Source of the DNA: Nemertoderma westbladi
Lineage: Eukaryota; Animalia; Xenacoelomorpha
Assembly: GCA_032718475.1 (NCBI GenBank)
Contig: JAUCBJ010006002.1
Location: 1 to 64,000, forward strand
Direction of reading: 5' to 3'
DNA length: 64,000 bases
Shown piece after piece: positions 24,646 to 38,190 of this stretch. The notes under the pieces are model-generated. The model searched no databases and was not told the origin of the DNA. It saw nothing but the letters and a program-made list of their open reading frames with translations. A program made the position numbers and the translations under genes. Position 1 is the stretch's first letter. Each line of letters begins with the position of its first letter.

Positions 24646-25654
24646 GGTGTTGTCGCGTTTTGGCAACTGATAGTAACGTTAGAGCCGCATTTCGGCATCT
24701 CATAGTTTCGGCAACATGGTAACAAGGTTGCGTTTCGGCAACTCATAGTTGCATTTCGGCAACTCATAAGTTGAATTTCGGCAACTGTTAACAGGATACG
24801 CTTAGGAAAACGGTGTTGTCGCGTTTCGGCAACTGATACTGTAGTATCGTTAGACCCCCGTTTCAGCAACTCATAGTCGTTTTGGCAACATGGTAACAAG
24901 GTTGCGTTTCGGCAACTCATAGTTTCATTTCGGCAACTCATACAGTAGTTGCATTTCGGCAACTGTTAACAGGATGCGCTTAGGCAAACTGATAAATGCG
25001 TTTCGGCAATTGATAGATGCGTTTCGGCAACTCGTAAACGAAGGCCAACTGGAAATTGTATAGAGCCTACAGTATAGAGATAGGAGTAAACTCAACGTCA
25101 CCATCGCATCGTATCAACATATAGGGCAGAGCAAATCAGTATTATTTATTACCTTTGCCTCATTACGTTTCCCATTATTCATTTTCATTCTACATTATTT
25201 TACCCACGCCTACTCGTAGCTGGAAATCCAGCCCAGCAAGGTGCGCTTCGCTATGTATTAGAAAAACTCCCCTTGGAAATTGAAACGGGATTTGTGTTTC
25301 AGACAGACAGACTCCAGTTCCAAACTTACACATCCACAACTTCAGCTGTGGTAAAATTAATTAACTAACTCAACAGTTAACAACTCTGCCGTCAATAACT
25401 ATAACTAACTTAAACTTGTCATCATTTACTTACATAATGAGTGCAATCACAGTTACATTACATACGAGGGTTTGTGACCTAGTTGCCGAAACGCGACATC
25501 AGTTCGAGGAAATGCAACTGCGAGTTGCCGAAATGCAACTACGAGTTGCCGAAACACAACTATAGCAGGTTGTGAAACGTAATTGTTTAGTTGCCGAAAC
25601 GCGAATTTGAGTTGCCTACTGTAAACGTGACAGTTGCCGAAACGCGACAGAACC
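24646..25654. mobile_element. GG-ended foldback DNA element with TTTCGGCAACT subrepeats
   Basis: Termini GGTGTTGTCGCGTTTTGGCAACTG / CAGTTGCCGAAACGCGACAGAACC. Flanks ATTTGACT / ATTTGACC (8-bp TSD, one mismatch). Confidence 0.8.
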
Positions 25655-25682
25655 ATTTGACCAAAGTCAGTGCCATTTGGTG

Positions 25683-26767
25683 GGAGTCCGGACAATTGCG
25701 ACCCGGACAAATGAGACCCGGACAAATGAGACCCGGACATGTTTGTTTTTAAATAAAAATTATGGGTCGCAATTGTCCGGATAAAGTAAAGGACATTTGC
25801 GACCCATTTTGTTTTTGCTTTTTTTTAAATGAAAAATAATTTTCTAAAGTATTAAATAATATGTTAATTTTATGTAATAAATTATTATTCATAATTATTA
25901 GTAATAATTATTCATTCACTTACGTTATAAATCGATTACGAGTTTGTTCAACAGGGTTGACAACATTAACAATAGCATCCTACGGGGTGTGTCTGTTATC
26001 TGTCGCCAACATGGCGTTTCGCGTAGTAGTGAAATGTTGAACTTAAATTACGTAAAATAACACTAATTACTGTAATATAGTTGTGCTGTGCTAATAGTTA
26101 ATAATCATACTTATGCTTTTCATGTACCCCATATTATTTAGACTCATCTACCTGTGTATTTCTATTGTCTAATTTAATTATGTATTTATTTTTACTATGT
26201 GCCTTAATGGCGTGGATTAAAGATAATAATAATAAAATTAATGTTCTAGAATTTAGATAATATAATATTACACTTACAACAGTTTAAGAATATAAACTAG
26301 CAATGAAGCAATATAAACTTGACTACATAAAAACTTTATTTAATTAGATATCACATGTAGTAGCCTATAAGCTACATTGCATTTACCTATGGAAGTAAAT
26401 TAATATAATTATTGGGATCAATAATATACATTACATCTTTTTATCTGGATCCGGACAATTACGACCCGGACAATTGCGATCCGGACAATTGCGATCCGGA
26501 CAATTGCGACCCGGACAATAGCGATCCGGACAATTGCGACCCGGACAATTTTTTCTAAAATCATGGGTTGCAATTGACCGGGTCGCAATTGTCCGGGTCG
26601 CAATTGTCCGGGTCGCAATTGACCGGGTCGCAATTGTCCGGGTCGCAATTGTCCGGGTCGCAATTGTCCGGGTCGCAATTGTCCAGGTCGCAATTGTCCA
26701 GGTCGCAATTGTCCGGGTCGTAATTGACCGGGTCGCAATTGTCCAGGTCGCAATTGTCCTAACATCC
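25683..26767. mobile_element. GG-ended foldback DNA element with 15-bp CCGGACAATTGCGAC subrepeats
   Basis: Termini GGAGTCCGGACAATTG / CAATTGTCCTAACATCC. Perfect 8-bp TSD ATTTGGTG (25675-25682 and 26768-26775). The arrays explain the LRPGQ and VAIVR ORFs. Confidence 0.88.
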
Positions 26768-27217
26768 ATTTGGTGCTATGCATACCATGTAAAGATCGCA
26801 GTTGGAGCCACTACAACCAACTTCGATTTCTTAGTAGTTGTCGCCTCTTCCATTACTACAGTGTTTTCCTTTCACCGACAGAGAAGTCTTTCCCGAGAAC
26901 TTATTGTTTGGTGTTGCTGCTTCTACTCTACATGCTTGGTTCGTCGGATACTTTCCCGACGACTTTTCTCCCCAATACTGGTACGATTCTGGGTGGTTGA
27001 CATCTTCTTTAAATAACAAATGGGCTTCAGTTCAAAGGGACCCTCACCCTAGCCGATACCCGTAGTATAACATCAATTATTAGATTAAAATCAATAAATA
27101 AGTTAAGTCAGAAGTAGAGTAGACAGGTTTGTATTACCGCGAGCAGTAGGACTACTACCTCTCCTGGGTAAAAAAAACTATGTTCCATGTCTATGATAAA
27201 TGGTAGACATGGTCAGG

Positions 27218-28036
27218 CTACCTGATATATTGTATGTCCGCAATTTTCTACCGCATTGCCTCCCATAATCTGTGAAATCCAATCACTTGCGGCGGCTGTG
27301 CTCGACCCTAATGTTACTTAGCCATCAAAATGCCAATAATAATTTACAATATTATATAAATGACATATACTCTACCAGCAAGGCTATACAATAGAATTAT
27401 AATGAATAGCATCGGGGAACCTGTTGAGAGTCTGCTATATGGGAACCGGGTCAACCAGCATGGGATCTGTAAATATCGTTGGGCATATTCTGGCTCGCCT
27501 ATAAGGATAATTTATGAGTTTTCAAAAAAATACAAGACATCTGACTGTTGTCTATGTTGACTTCATTATGACATTATATGCGATTGCAGAGGAAATGTAT
27601 TGAAGCAATCAGAACAAATTTCGATGTCTACCTGATATATTGTATGTCCGCAATTTTCTACCGCATTGCCTCCCATAATCTGTGAAATCCAATCACTTGC
27701 GGCGGCTGTGCTCGACCCTAATGTTACTTAGCCATCAAAATGCCAATAATAATTTACAATATTATATAAATGACATATACTCTACCAGCAAGGCTATACA
27801 ATAGAATTATAATGAATAGCATCGGGGAACCTGTTGAGAGTCTGCTATATGGGAACCGGGTCAACCAGCATGGGATCTGTAAATATCGTTGGGCATATTC
27901 TGGCTCGCCTATAAGGATAATTTATGAGTTTTCAAAAAAATACAAGACATCTGACTGTTGTCTATGTTGACTTCATTATGACATTATATGCGATTGCAGA
28001 GGAAATGTATTGAAGCAATCAGAACAAATTTCGATG
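27218..28036 (+). repeat. 410-bp tandem duplication containing an RTE RT scrap
   Basis: 27218-27626 is repeated at 27628-28036 with no difference I could see. The unit includes ARLYNRII (RTE-like). Confidence 0.93.
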
Positions 28037-28799
28037 ACATTTGCCATGGGGAGTCCCAAGGGTGATACACGTGTACTACACTTGTATACAATTTTGGTGG
28101 ATATGCTCTATGCATGTCCTACCTCATAAAAGCCTTATAAGGCTTAAAGCCTTAACCTTATAAAGATGTCATTATAGTTTTCATTGGGCACTGCTTAGCA
28201 AATTCGGCAGTACAATTTAGGTGGACTCATACTGGTGAACTCCAGATAGGAAGTATGAAGCTCTAACTATCACGCTAGTGTTTCTGGTTAAAGGGATACC
28301 TTGAAATACAACCTGATAACTTGTATGTCCACAATTTACGTCCGCATGACCACCCATCTGTCAATATCATCATCTGCAGGCGCTGCGCTCAATTTACTGT
28401 ACTTGGCCATCTTTATCCACTCTCTACAATAAAAGAGTACTATATGTTAACCATGAATCATCACGGCCACTATTATTATTAATACACTCTATCTACAAAT
28501 TGATGGCGTCCCAAACTCTAATGAAAATAATCTTGTAAGCCTAACCCTATTTCATAATCTAGGAAAATTTAGGATTGATGTCATAATTTAGGAGAACTTT
28601 GGGTATCATTGCCATCCCGGCCCTTCAAGGCCTATCTCAATAATGCCCAAGCCAAGGACCTAATTAGATTGGATAGACCAGAGACCGAATCATATTTAAA
28701 TTAAATCATGAGTTTACAAATTTACTAAGATGAATGAACTTCGATCCTGTAGGGGACCAGTTTGATCCCACCTGGACGTAATTTCCAAATGTTGGGTCC

Positions 28800-29567
28800 G
28801 GGTCACGGGTCACGGGTCACGGGTCACGGGTCACGGGTCACGGGTTACGGGTTACGGGTCACGGGTCACGGGTCACGGGTCACGGGTCACGGGTCACGGG
28901 TCACGGGTCACGGGTCACGGGTCACGGGTCACGGGTCACGGGTCACGGGTCACGGGTCACGGGTCACGGGTCACGGGTCACGGGTTACGGGTCACGGGTC
29001 ACGGGTCACGGGTCACGGGTCACGGGTCACGGGTCACGGGTTACGGGTCACGGGTCACGGGTCACGGGTCACGGGTCACGGGTCACGGGTCACGGGTCAC
29101 GGGTCACGGGTCACGGGTCACGGGTCACGGGTCACGGGTTACGGGTCACGGGTCACGGGTCACGGGTCACGGGTCACGGGTCACGGGTCACGGGTCACGG
29201 GTCACGGGTCACGGGTCACGGGTCACGGGTCACGGGTCACGGGTCACGGGTCACGGGTCACGGGTCACGGGTCACGGGTTACGGGTCACGGGTTACGGGT
29301 CACGGGTCACGGGTTACGGGTCATGGGTCACGGGTCATGGGTCACGGGTCACGGGTCACGGGTCACGGGTCACGGGTCGGTCACGGGTCACGGGTCACGG
29401 GTTACGGGTCACGGGTCACGGGTCACGGGTCACGGGTCACGGGTCACGGGTCACGGGTCACGGGTCACGGGTCACGGGTCACGGGTCACGGGTCACGGGT
29501 CACGGGTCACGGGTCACGGGTCACGGGTCACGGGTCACGGGTTACGGGTCACGGGTCACGGGTCACG
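28800..29567. repeat. (GGGTCAC)n heptamer satellite, about 110 units
   Basis: Direct tandem array with occasional GGGTTAC and GGGTCAT variants. Confidence 0.98.
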
Positions 29568-31323
29568 CTGCTTACCTTTAAACCCCCTTGTTAAGATTGT
29601 TTCCTCGAAGAATGCAAGAAAGTTACCATGGTGGAAGCAGACGTTGTTTTTCTTATGTCGTTCATTCCTTAGCAGATGATCTCTGAGTTTAATCTTAGGA
29701 AAAATTCAACTAACTACCATTGAGTGGGTCTCTGGTGGTTTGCCCTTCGTTAGACAAAGTGACTATAGTGCGCTTTAATGTGATGGGGTTCACATTGGGA
29801 ATTGTTGAGCTGGAGTGTGGAGTGCATTTCTCCTGTAGGTCAGTGATGAGATGGTTCATAGATGTATCATACAAAATGCACTTGTGTTGTTTCTCGGTTA
29901 GAGAGTTTCTAATTGCAGACTGTGCCGCATCATATTGCACTAATATGGCTGTTTTGTATTGAAGCTGCTCCAGATTCATTTTCGGTTACAATGGAAAAGA
30001 TATACTTTGTGGTTTATGGAGTTGGAGTTGTATCCTGATATCAACGTGTTTCTTCGTAATCCTTTCTGTACTCGCTGCTTTCGCTCATTCCTTCACTGTA
30101 AAGAACCACATATATCAACCACTCTCCATGAACACAGATGACGATCCAGTGGACACTGCTGGAGACGTAAAGACGAGGTCATGCCAGTGCTCGGTAACTT
30201 AAATGATCTTGAAATTGACCTTGAAATCAACTTTAAGGTCAACTTGAAACTCATTTTTACATTGACTAAGGTTTTCTTTTAAGTTCAAGTCAAGCGGGTA
30301 ACTCAAAGTAATACTTAGTAGTCAAGGTGAAACTTGAAATTTCAAGGCACACCTTGGGACTTAAAGATGGACGACAGGTTTGTTTATTTCAGCAGTTGCC
30401 ATGGTTATGCAGTTAAGCCCATTGTATAATAAGGCCTGCAATAATTATACAAGACGTAATCCAAACTGTTTATAACGCTTATAGCAATGGAAATGAATGA
30501 TAACACCTACTGTAGCAGCCGTAGCGTATATATCGAAGTAACATAGGCCTGTTGTATGTGGCAATAGTTATTGTTATAGGGGTGAGGGCGGTGGTGACAG
30601 GTGAGCAATGTAGATTCAATGAAAATTTGGAATATAGCTAACTATATATCGAGCAAAAGGGTGGCTATTACTAAAATGTATAGCGGACTAAATCGAGACC
30701 AGACTGAGATATTACGAGATTATACATAGCATTCCATTCCTTTTAGTTGCCTATTAATCAGTAATTTACAATCGATAATTCAATATTAAAGGTACTTATA
30801 AGCTCTGCCGCTACACCTTGACATTACTGTACTGTAATGGAAGATAACATTTTGCCATGGTATAGCTTAGTTGTCCTACTTCTGAGCTGTATCTACAGGA
30901 TATTTTACTCGCATTCAATGCCGATCCAGTGATGATAGATTTTTTATCATTTATTTTTCATTAATTAGTATTATTAATTTGTATTATTATTATTATTATT
31001 ATTTATATTTAATTGATTTTTTAGTACGTAGATGAAGCTCTAGAATTAGTTTAAAGAGCTATAGTAATTGTTCTATTAGTCGAAGTAGTAGGGCCTATCT
31101 CTTACATAGTTGTTCCGCTATATATAACCCCGTACATAGATTCAAACTAGTTGTTTTCTCTCATAAGGTAATAGGTGGCGATAGTGTATATTCGTAACTC
31201 GAAAAATCTAAATTCATAGTCTTTTGTAACATAAAGTTATCAACTCACTTTATATACAATAATGACCTAACTATGTATAAACACTAATCACTATCCCCAC
31301 CCACCACCCTATAATGTATTTAA

Positions 31324-33186
31324 GGGCTTTGCGGATTTTAAAAATTAATATTTTGGTGGTTCACCCAGCCATTGCATGGCTGGGTGAACAAAATGGTTAA
31401 AATTTCAAAGATAAATTTTAAAGTATGTCTGGCAATGTCCTATTAGACTTTGCGTATAATGTATGAATTACTATAAAATATAAAAAATACTCTTATTCCA
31501 TGCTTTAGGCCAAAGATCATAAAGATCATGATCAAAGATCATAAAAATGACCCGTTTGGGCAAATTGACTAAAATTGTGTATTCGTCCACTAGCGAACCC
31601 GTATCGACCAAAAAGTTTCGAATTTTAAAGTAATATCGCTCGTTTTGACTTTTCGAGATATTATCGCCTACTTCTTCCCAAAGGTGGCGATTCGCCTCTG
31701 ATATTCGACTTGGCGGTCGGGGCCCCGATTTGACGAAAATCCATTTATATCGGCTTCCGCTGGGTCTTTTTGAAAATTTAAAAAATTGGCGAGCTCCTCT
31801 CGTTGTTTCCCATCAATTGGCACCGTTAATTTCGAGATTGGATTAATTAATTCGCTCTTAATTGGCGCTAATTGCTAATTACTGCTCCAGTTTCAATTTT
31901 GCAACTTGTGTGTCAAATTAACCCATCTATATGGGGCCTGACTTCTGCTGGGGAAGTAAAGAAAAAGGGATGGATGTTTTACGGATTGTTCACCCTTTGG
32001 AGTTAGTGTGTCGCACTCATTGTAACAGCCAAGACAGAGGAGCTGTCGGGTTGCTTCCAGTGTTTCTTGTTTCGCACGTTCACGTATCACTTCGCTCTTA
32101 TTATACTGTTTTTAGTCACTATACCTGCAAAGAAAATTCACACACAGCGCACATTTTCGCTGTGTAAATTGAATTACCGGTACGTTACAACAGCGTTTTT
32201 ATAATAGTCATACTGGAATATAGCTAATCAATTTTATCTTCAATTATAACTATATTTGACTTGGCAATCGTACTGTAGTAAATAAATGCTACGCCTAGAC
32301 AACAGATGTCCGATATTGAATATTACAGAGAAATAAGTTTATTCAGGATAATATAAGTCCATACAGGATTAAATGCAACAAATGATAAAGCTTCAGTAAC
32401 TTGATCTTAACCGATTCAATTCAAATTAGGAGTAACTAATGCATACCATATGCACGCACATGTTTGTAATGAATCATAGTGTATCTTGGAGAAGTTTATT
32501 GAAACATTTTGTTGTTTGTGTCTCGTAATAATATTAAAATTAAAGTCTTAATTATGGTTACTAACCACAAATTAAACAAATCCAATGTCATTGGTCAATG
32601 AAATTATTGAAAATATTTTCACTTAACTTTATTTACTTTCCTATCTGTAATTGCTGCTAACAATTAAAGGTTTAGCAATAATTGATATTTTTGTATTCCT
32701 TGCATGGAGTACACAGACGCTCATATTATGTTGGAAGTAGGTGTTACTTATATTTGATGAAGTGCCTACTTATTTGGAGATGGGACAGTTTACTGACCAA
32801 GAGTTACAGAGTCAAACATTTAGAATGATTTATGAAAACGCAATACAGATGACATCCACCTGTGGCAGTGCTGGACAGATCCAACCAAACAAACCTTTTG
32901 CCGGTCCAACAGGCAGTAATTACTAAGACACATTAGGGGAGGGTGACATATCATGCATGACACCATTCATTGCTTCATTAGAGTCATATAAATTTATATA
33001 ACGTTGATGAAACGCATTTCATATACTTATATAAATTGGGGTTGAGATGATCATATTTTGACCATATTTTCAAATTTAATGTTATTTTAGAAGAAACTTA
33101 AGGTAAGGTAAGAAATTTAAATTCAAAATGGATTTATTTACCTTTATGATAAAGCATAGATTTTACTGAGTTGGTGCTGCAGGCCC
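31324..33186. mobile_element. Possible old DNA transposon derivative
   Basis: Weak inverted ends GGGCTTTGCGG / CTGCAGGCCC flanked by TATTTAA on both sides. Perfect 14-bp-stem hairpin at 31359-31389. Confidence 0.3.
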
Positions 33187-33309
33187 TATTTAAGGTATTT
33201 AAACTATGTTATAATAAAAATAATTTAACAATATAAAATATTAAGATAATAATACCAAAAAGGCGGGAAATTTAAATTTATAAGGCAGATTTTTATACAC
33301 TAGTCTATA

Positions 33310-33545
33310 CAGTTATAGGATTACTACAGTACAGAAGTAGTTTAGTTCGATCCACTGTTCGACCTGTTACTTGGTACCAGCCCCAATCTAGAACTGGTTT
33401 GCCAGCCCCTCGCCGCGCAGACCAGCCCCATCTCCAAAACCCAACCTCCGCCAGGAGCAACAAAAACCCCGGCGGCAGAGGGAATTGGACCCGAGGAGAG
33501 CAAACTGCAGCCGTGGACGAACACCCCTCAGCACGCACGCGAGAC
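33310..33545 (-). mobile_element. Probable tRNA-derived SINE
   Basis: GC-rich island. On the minus strand an A-box-like GTGCTGAGGGGT and a B-box-like GGGTCCAATTCCC occur with tRNA-like spacing, followed by a non-tRNA body. Confidence 0.5.
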
Positions 33546-34263
33546 CTCTCTCATGCATATTGCCACGCCTCGACAAGGTAAGAAATTGTATGCAAAGTGT
33601 AAATTCCGCAGTCTTATCCTGTTTAAACATTAAAGGCGTAAAATACAGTATAACCAACCACTACTTATCAGAATCATCTCAAGATGTCTTCAAGTATCAT
33701 ATATCGCGTATATTTGGTCATATTTTCCTACTTATATCGCCACTTAATGTGCTAAAAACTTGATAAATAAGATAAGATAAGAAATTGTATGAAAATTTAA
33801 ATCCTGGACGTCTCAAGCGGTTTAAACATTAAATAAATATTTGATGAATATATACATATACAGTATTATACATATATTTAAACCCAATACAGACTTACAG
33901 AATTCCCTTATAATATCAATTCACACAATACCCTTTGTTTGTTTTAAAAACTAATAATAATACTTTGTTACTAATAACTAAATTATTATTATATATTATA
34001 TATTATAAATTATTATAACAATATTATGTTTAAATTCAGACGCCATTTCGACATAATTGTAATAATGTAGAAATATATAAGTTGACAATTAATTATACTG
34101 TGGGACGAGCAATGATTGAAAGGTTAATAAGTGTCACTACTGCCTGTCTGCCAATGCTTATTCAAACATTTCTCATGCAATCAATATCTAAATCTCATTA
34201 AGGGGGGATTAATGACTAACCAACCAGACCACAGACAGCCAGTTTGGGCGGAAAGAATAAAAA

Positions 34264-37200
34264 TTTTTTTTTTTTAATAAAAGATACACCCCCAAGCGGG
34301 GTAAATTTTGATTATTATAAAACTTAAATATTAAAATAAAATATAATATGCACAGTATGAAGAAAATATGTTATTTAAAATGTATTCTTTAATTGTAAAA
34401 TACTTGATAGAGAAAGTGAAATATGTAAGATTTAAGAGGCGGCAAGCTCGGAGGGAGATGGGCAGAGGGGGCATGATAATGCGTGGTAGAGTTCGGTGCA
34501 CGAACCGGAGCAGAACCGGCAGACACATTCATCGGAGAGATTATGAAACGGTGTAGAAGTGGAACAGATCTTATGGTGGAAACCGTGGGCAGTTAGACGG
34601 GTAATGACGTGTCGGTTTTTTTTTTGCCCAGCAGCCTTCCACGAGGTTGATGTGAACGCGGGACCAGCCGAAAATCCCTTGGCATCGTAGTTCCGCTCGC
34701 GGTCGGATCTGAACTGTCGGTATGCGGTGATGACGTCGTCGTTGAAGATATCTGGGGATTTGAGCAGTATATCTTCTGTGAGAGATTTCTCACTAACGAG
34801 TTTGAGCGAAAGTGTTGAAGGGGCTGACAGATGAAGGCCGAGCATTTTCTTAATAAAAGTAGTTTTTATTTTGTCTAGGTCCTTTAGAATAGTAAGTGAT
34901 AAGAATTTGCCAATTTCGGATAAAGCGTAAGTTGATGTAGGGAGGATTTTCATTAAGAATATTTTTATACCAGTTTCGACAGAAAGTAGATGTAGTTTGT
35001 TCAATGAGCCAATTGCCCCATAGGATTTCTTCTTTTTTGATTTAATATATTTGGAGAAAGATAAAGATGGTTGAAGGATGATCCCGAGATATTCATATTC
35101 GTTGGTAATTATAATGGGTACGCGTAGGTAAATTTGTCTGATCGGACAAGAGGACCTCCATTTCTAAACTTTATGATCTTGGTCTTTATCATATTGACTT
35201 CCATCCCGTTGGCTAAGGCCCATTGATGTAAGATGTCGAGAGCTAATTGAATTTCATGTGGATTGGTGGAGTATATAGCTAGATCGTCGGCATAGAAGAT
35301 AAATTTGATGATAGAACCTATTTGACGTAACGCCAGCGCCAGCGTAACGTCAGCAATGAATATTATAAAGCTGGTCGGTGAGAAGCAGTCGCCCTGGAGT
35401 ACCCCACGTAGTTGTTCGATTACGATGCTAAACCGGAGACCGTCGAAGACTCTGAATCAGTTAGACAGGATGTCAGACAAGAGGTTGTATAGTTTACCCC
35501 TGATCCCTGCCTTATATAACTTCTCGATGAGAATAGCTCTGTTTACAAGGTCAAAGGCCTTGCGGAAATCTATGAACGCAACGTAGACTTTGCGTTCATC
35601 GCGAGTTGGTGATTTCAGTGCCGATGCAATGTCAAAGAGAAGTTTACGGATTGCCTGAAAGGTTGATTTACCGGGGGTAAATCCATATTGTTCGGGAGGG
35701 ATTGCGCCAGGAATGTTGTTGCGAACACGGTTGTTTATAATTGAAGTTAGAATCTTAAGCAGTAATGATAATAAGGCGATTCCGCGATAATTATCCGGAT
35801 TTGTTACCGAGCCTATCCCTTTATAGAGGATCATATTAATACTTTCCTTCCATCGTATTGGGATTTTACCGATATGTATGGTATGGTAGAGTAGAGTTAC
35901 AATGACGAGAATCCATGGAAGGGCTTGTTTTAAATGCTCATAGTAGAGACGTCCAGGCCCACATGCTTTCTTATTAGAACTCTCTCCAATAGCTGACTCA
36001 ACTTCCTCGGATGTGAAGGGGTCATTGAACCATTACGATTCCAGTAATTCCTCGTTAGATGGCATAGTTATCGGCGGTATTTCGGGTACATCCGCAATTG
36101 TTCCGAGTAGATTTTTAATGTGGGTCTCTAGTTTTGTTGAGTCGATAGGAGCAGCTGTCGGTTTCTTCTTTCCGAATAGAGTCCACGGTTTAATTTCAGT
36201 GTCGTCATTTAACTCCATTAGTTTGACTTCCTCGTAAGATTTGCGTTTCTTTTTTAGTACCGATTTGTAGTTCTTGCGTAGTTCCCAGTATCGAGATTTA
36301 TCGCAATTGGAGATGTTTCTCATTGGCATCGCTAACATGAGACTATCCTTGAGTTCTTTGCACTCGGCGTCGAACCACGGTTTGTTGTGTTTGCCCTTCA
36401 GTTTCCCTTTATCTACTGTTGAATCAATTAAAGTTTGCGAGAGGAGCATAGCAGCATGGTCCACATCGATGGAATCGGAGTGTTCCAGCAGCTTTTCGTG
36501 TCGGATTCTGAGATTTACATTATCGTGAAGTTTGGTTAGGGTTATATTTCGACTAAGCGGTGGATCCCGAGATTGAGCGAGAAGCGGTGTGTCTGCGTTG
36601 CCATTCGTTAGAATCTTGATCGATATACATTGGTGTTTCCGAATGGGGTTATATATGTTATGGTAGGAATTGGTATGTCGGAGAGGGGATGAGTGGCTTT
36701 AATATAGAATAGGTTGATGACACTCTCCCCCTGGGGAGATATGTATGTTGGGGACGAATCCGGGGATAAACAAATGAACCCTAACGATTGGAGATGGCCC
36801 GTGAGATCGGAACCCCGTCGACTGGAGTCCAATCTACAATTGAAATCACCACTGATAATGATATCGATGTTTGGATCTGTGTTGGTCAGCGATAAGTTGA
36901 TTGTCAGTAATATATCTTCGATTGAAGTTTTGGGAGTGAAATAGAAAACGATGAAGAACACGGTATCAGTCTTTAATACTATGAATGAGTCTGCTTTTAT
37001 TATAAATGACGGGTTTAAACGCGGTATGCTCATTTTCATCAAACCACCGGAGGGTCTGCCATGGGCTGGTTTAAGTACAGATTGGACGAAACAGTAATAG
37101 TTGTCGTTGTGAAAAGTAGGGCTGGTTATGAAGGTTTCCGTAAGTAATATAACATCGCTGTCTTTATATATGTCTGTAATCGGTAGATGGTTCTCTAAAT

Positions 37201-38190
37201 AGTTTAAACCCTCGACGTTCCATAAGATTACTGTATGTGATTGTCAGTTACGGGCTGCCGCAGCCGCTTGTTGAGATGAGTCTACCGGGTTCGTATGTCT
37301 CCTCGGGTTTCTCCTTTGAATTCCAAACACCTCTCGTTCATTGTCGTTAAGAGCGAATTGCGAATTGTGACGCCTTCCGGCCAAACAGTAGGATCGATTA
37401 GCGCATCCCTGTCCTCACATTCGCAGACAACGTTGAAACTTCTTGATGTTGCCACAGGGAAAACTTCGCGTGCTATAATTTTCGTGAAATGGAGATTCCC
37501 TTCATTGAGATAGTTTTCCACATCCTTCGCTTAGACGGATAATTCGAGTTGATATGGATATGCGATTGTCTCGGATTGGATGCAGTTGGTGTTGGGCAGG
37601 CAGCAGCTCGTAATGAACTGGAATCACCTACCTTACTTCCTGTACCGTGGAGAGGTTTGTTGTGAGTAGGCAAAGACAGGTTTGGTCTGTGGGTTGAGAT
37701 GTCGCGTCGTTCGCGAACGGGTTGCTGGGTTGTGTCTCCACTGCGTCACCCTGAGTTGATCCCGACCGAGGCGATTGACGATTCCGATCGCGGTGTCGCC
37801 GTGCCTTTGTTCAGAGCATCACGGTAGGATAGATTATTCGGTTGATTTGATTGAGATAGCCTGTGAAGATCGGATTCTGCCTTTATTAGTTTTCCCTGGG
37901 CATCTATCGTTTCCCTTTGGCAAGCAGCTAGATTACCCAGAGAGATCGTAAACATCGACATCATTTTCATTAAATTATCAGTTATTAACCGCTCCTGTTG
38001 GTTGTTGAGATTCTTCTTCTCTTTTACTACTTTGAGAACAGTCAAAATGTCGTCATTGAGAGCGACAAACTCACTCGCCATATTAACTTGAATAATATAA
38101 AAAAAAAGAAGGCTGACAGGGTATTACAGTATAAGAAGCAGTTAGTTACTCTTTGTACACTCTCCACCGAAAATGGGAGCAGACTAGACT
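34264..38190 (-). mobile_element. Near-full-length two-ORF LINE (ORF1; ORF2 APE-RT-Cys/His), several frameshifts
   Basis: ORF1 pieces 38081-37282 end SFNV...PTVWPEGVTIR. APE WNVEGL, LTETF, GDFN. RT NYRGIAL, QYGF, FIDFRKAFD, QGD, FYADD, YLG. C-terminal HGFHHKIC...CRFC...HALSC. Poly(A) on the minus strand at about 34264-34275. Confidence 0.93.

Noticed and set aside
26418-27016. LRPGQ, TIATR and VAIVR repeat ORFs resembling pentapeptide-repeat proteins
   Set aside because: They are translations of the 15-bp subterminal repeats of a TSD-flanked DNA element.
28762-29679. 305-aa ORF of GHGSRVT repeats
   Set aside because: It is the translation of the stop-free (GGGTCAC)n satellite; there is no other evidence of coding function.
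32741-32926. LLIFDEV motif suggesting a Walker B or class III aminotransferase exon
   Set aside because: A short isolated match with no supporting downstream motifs, a weak acceptor and no partner exons.
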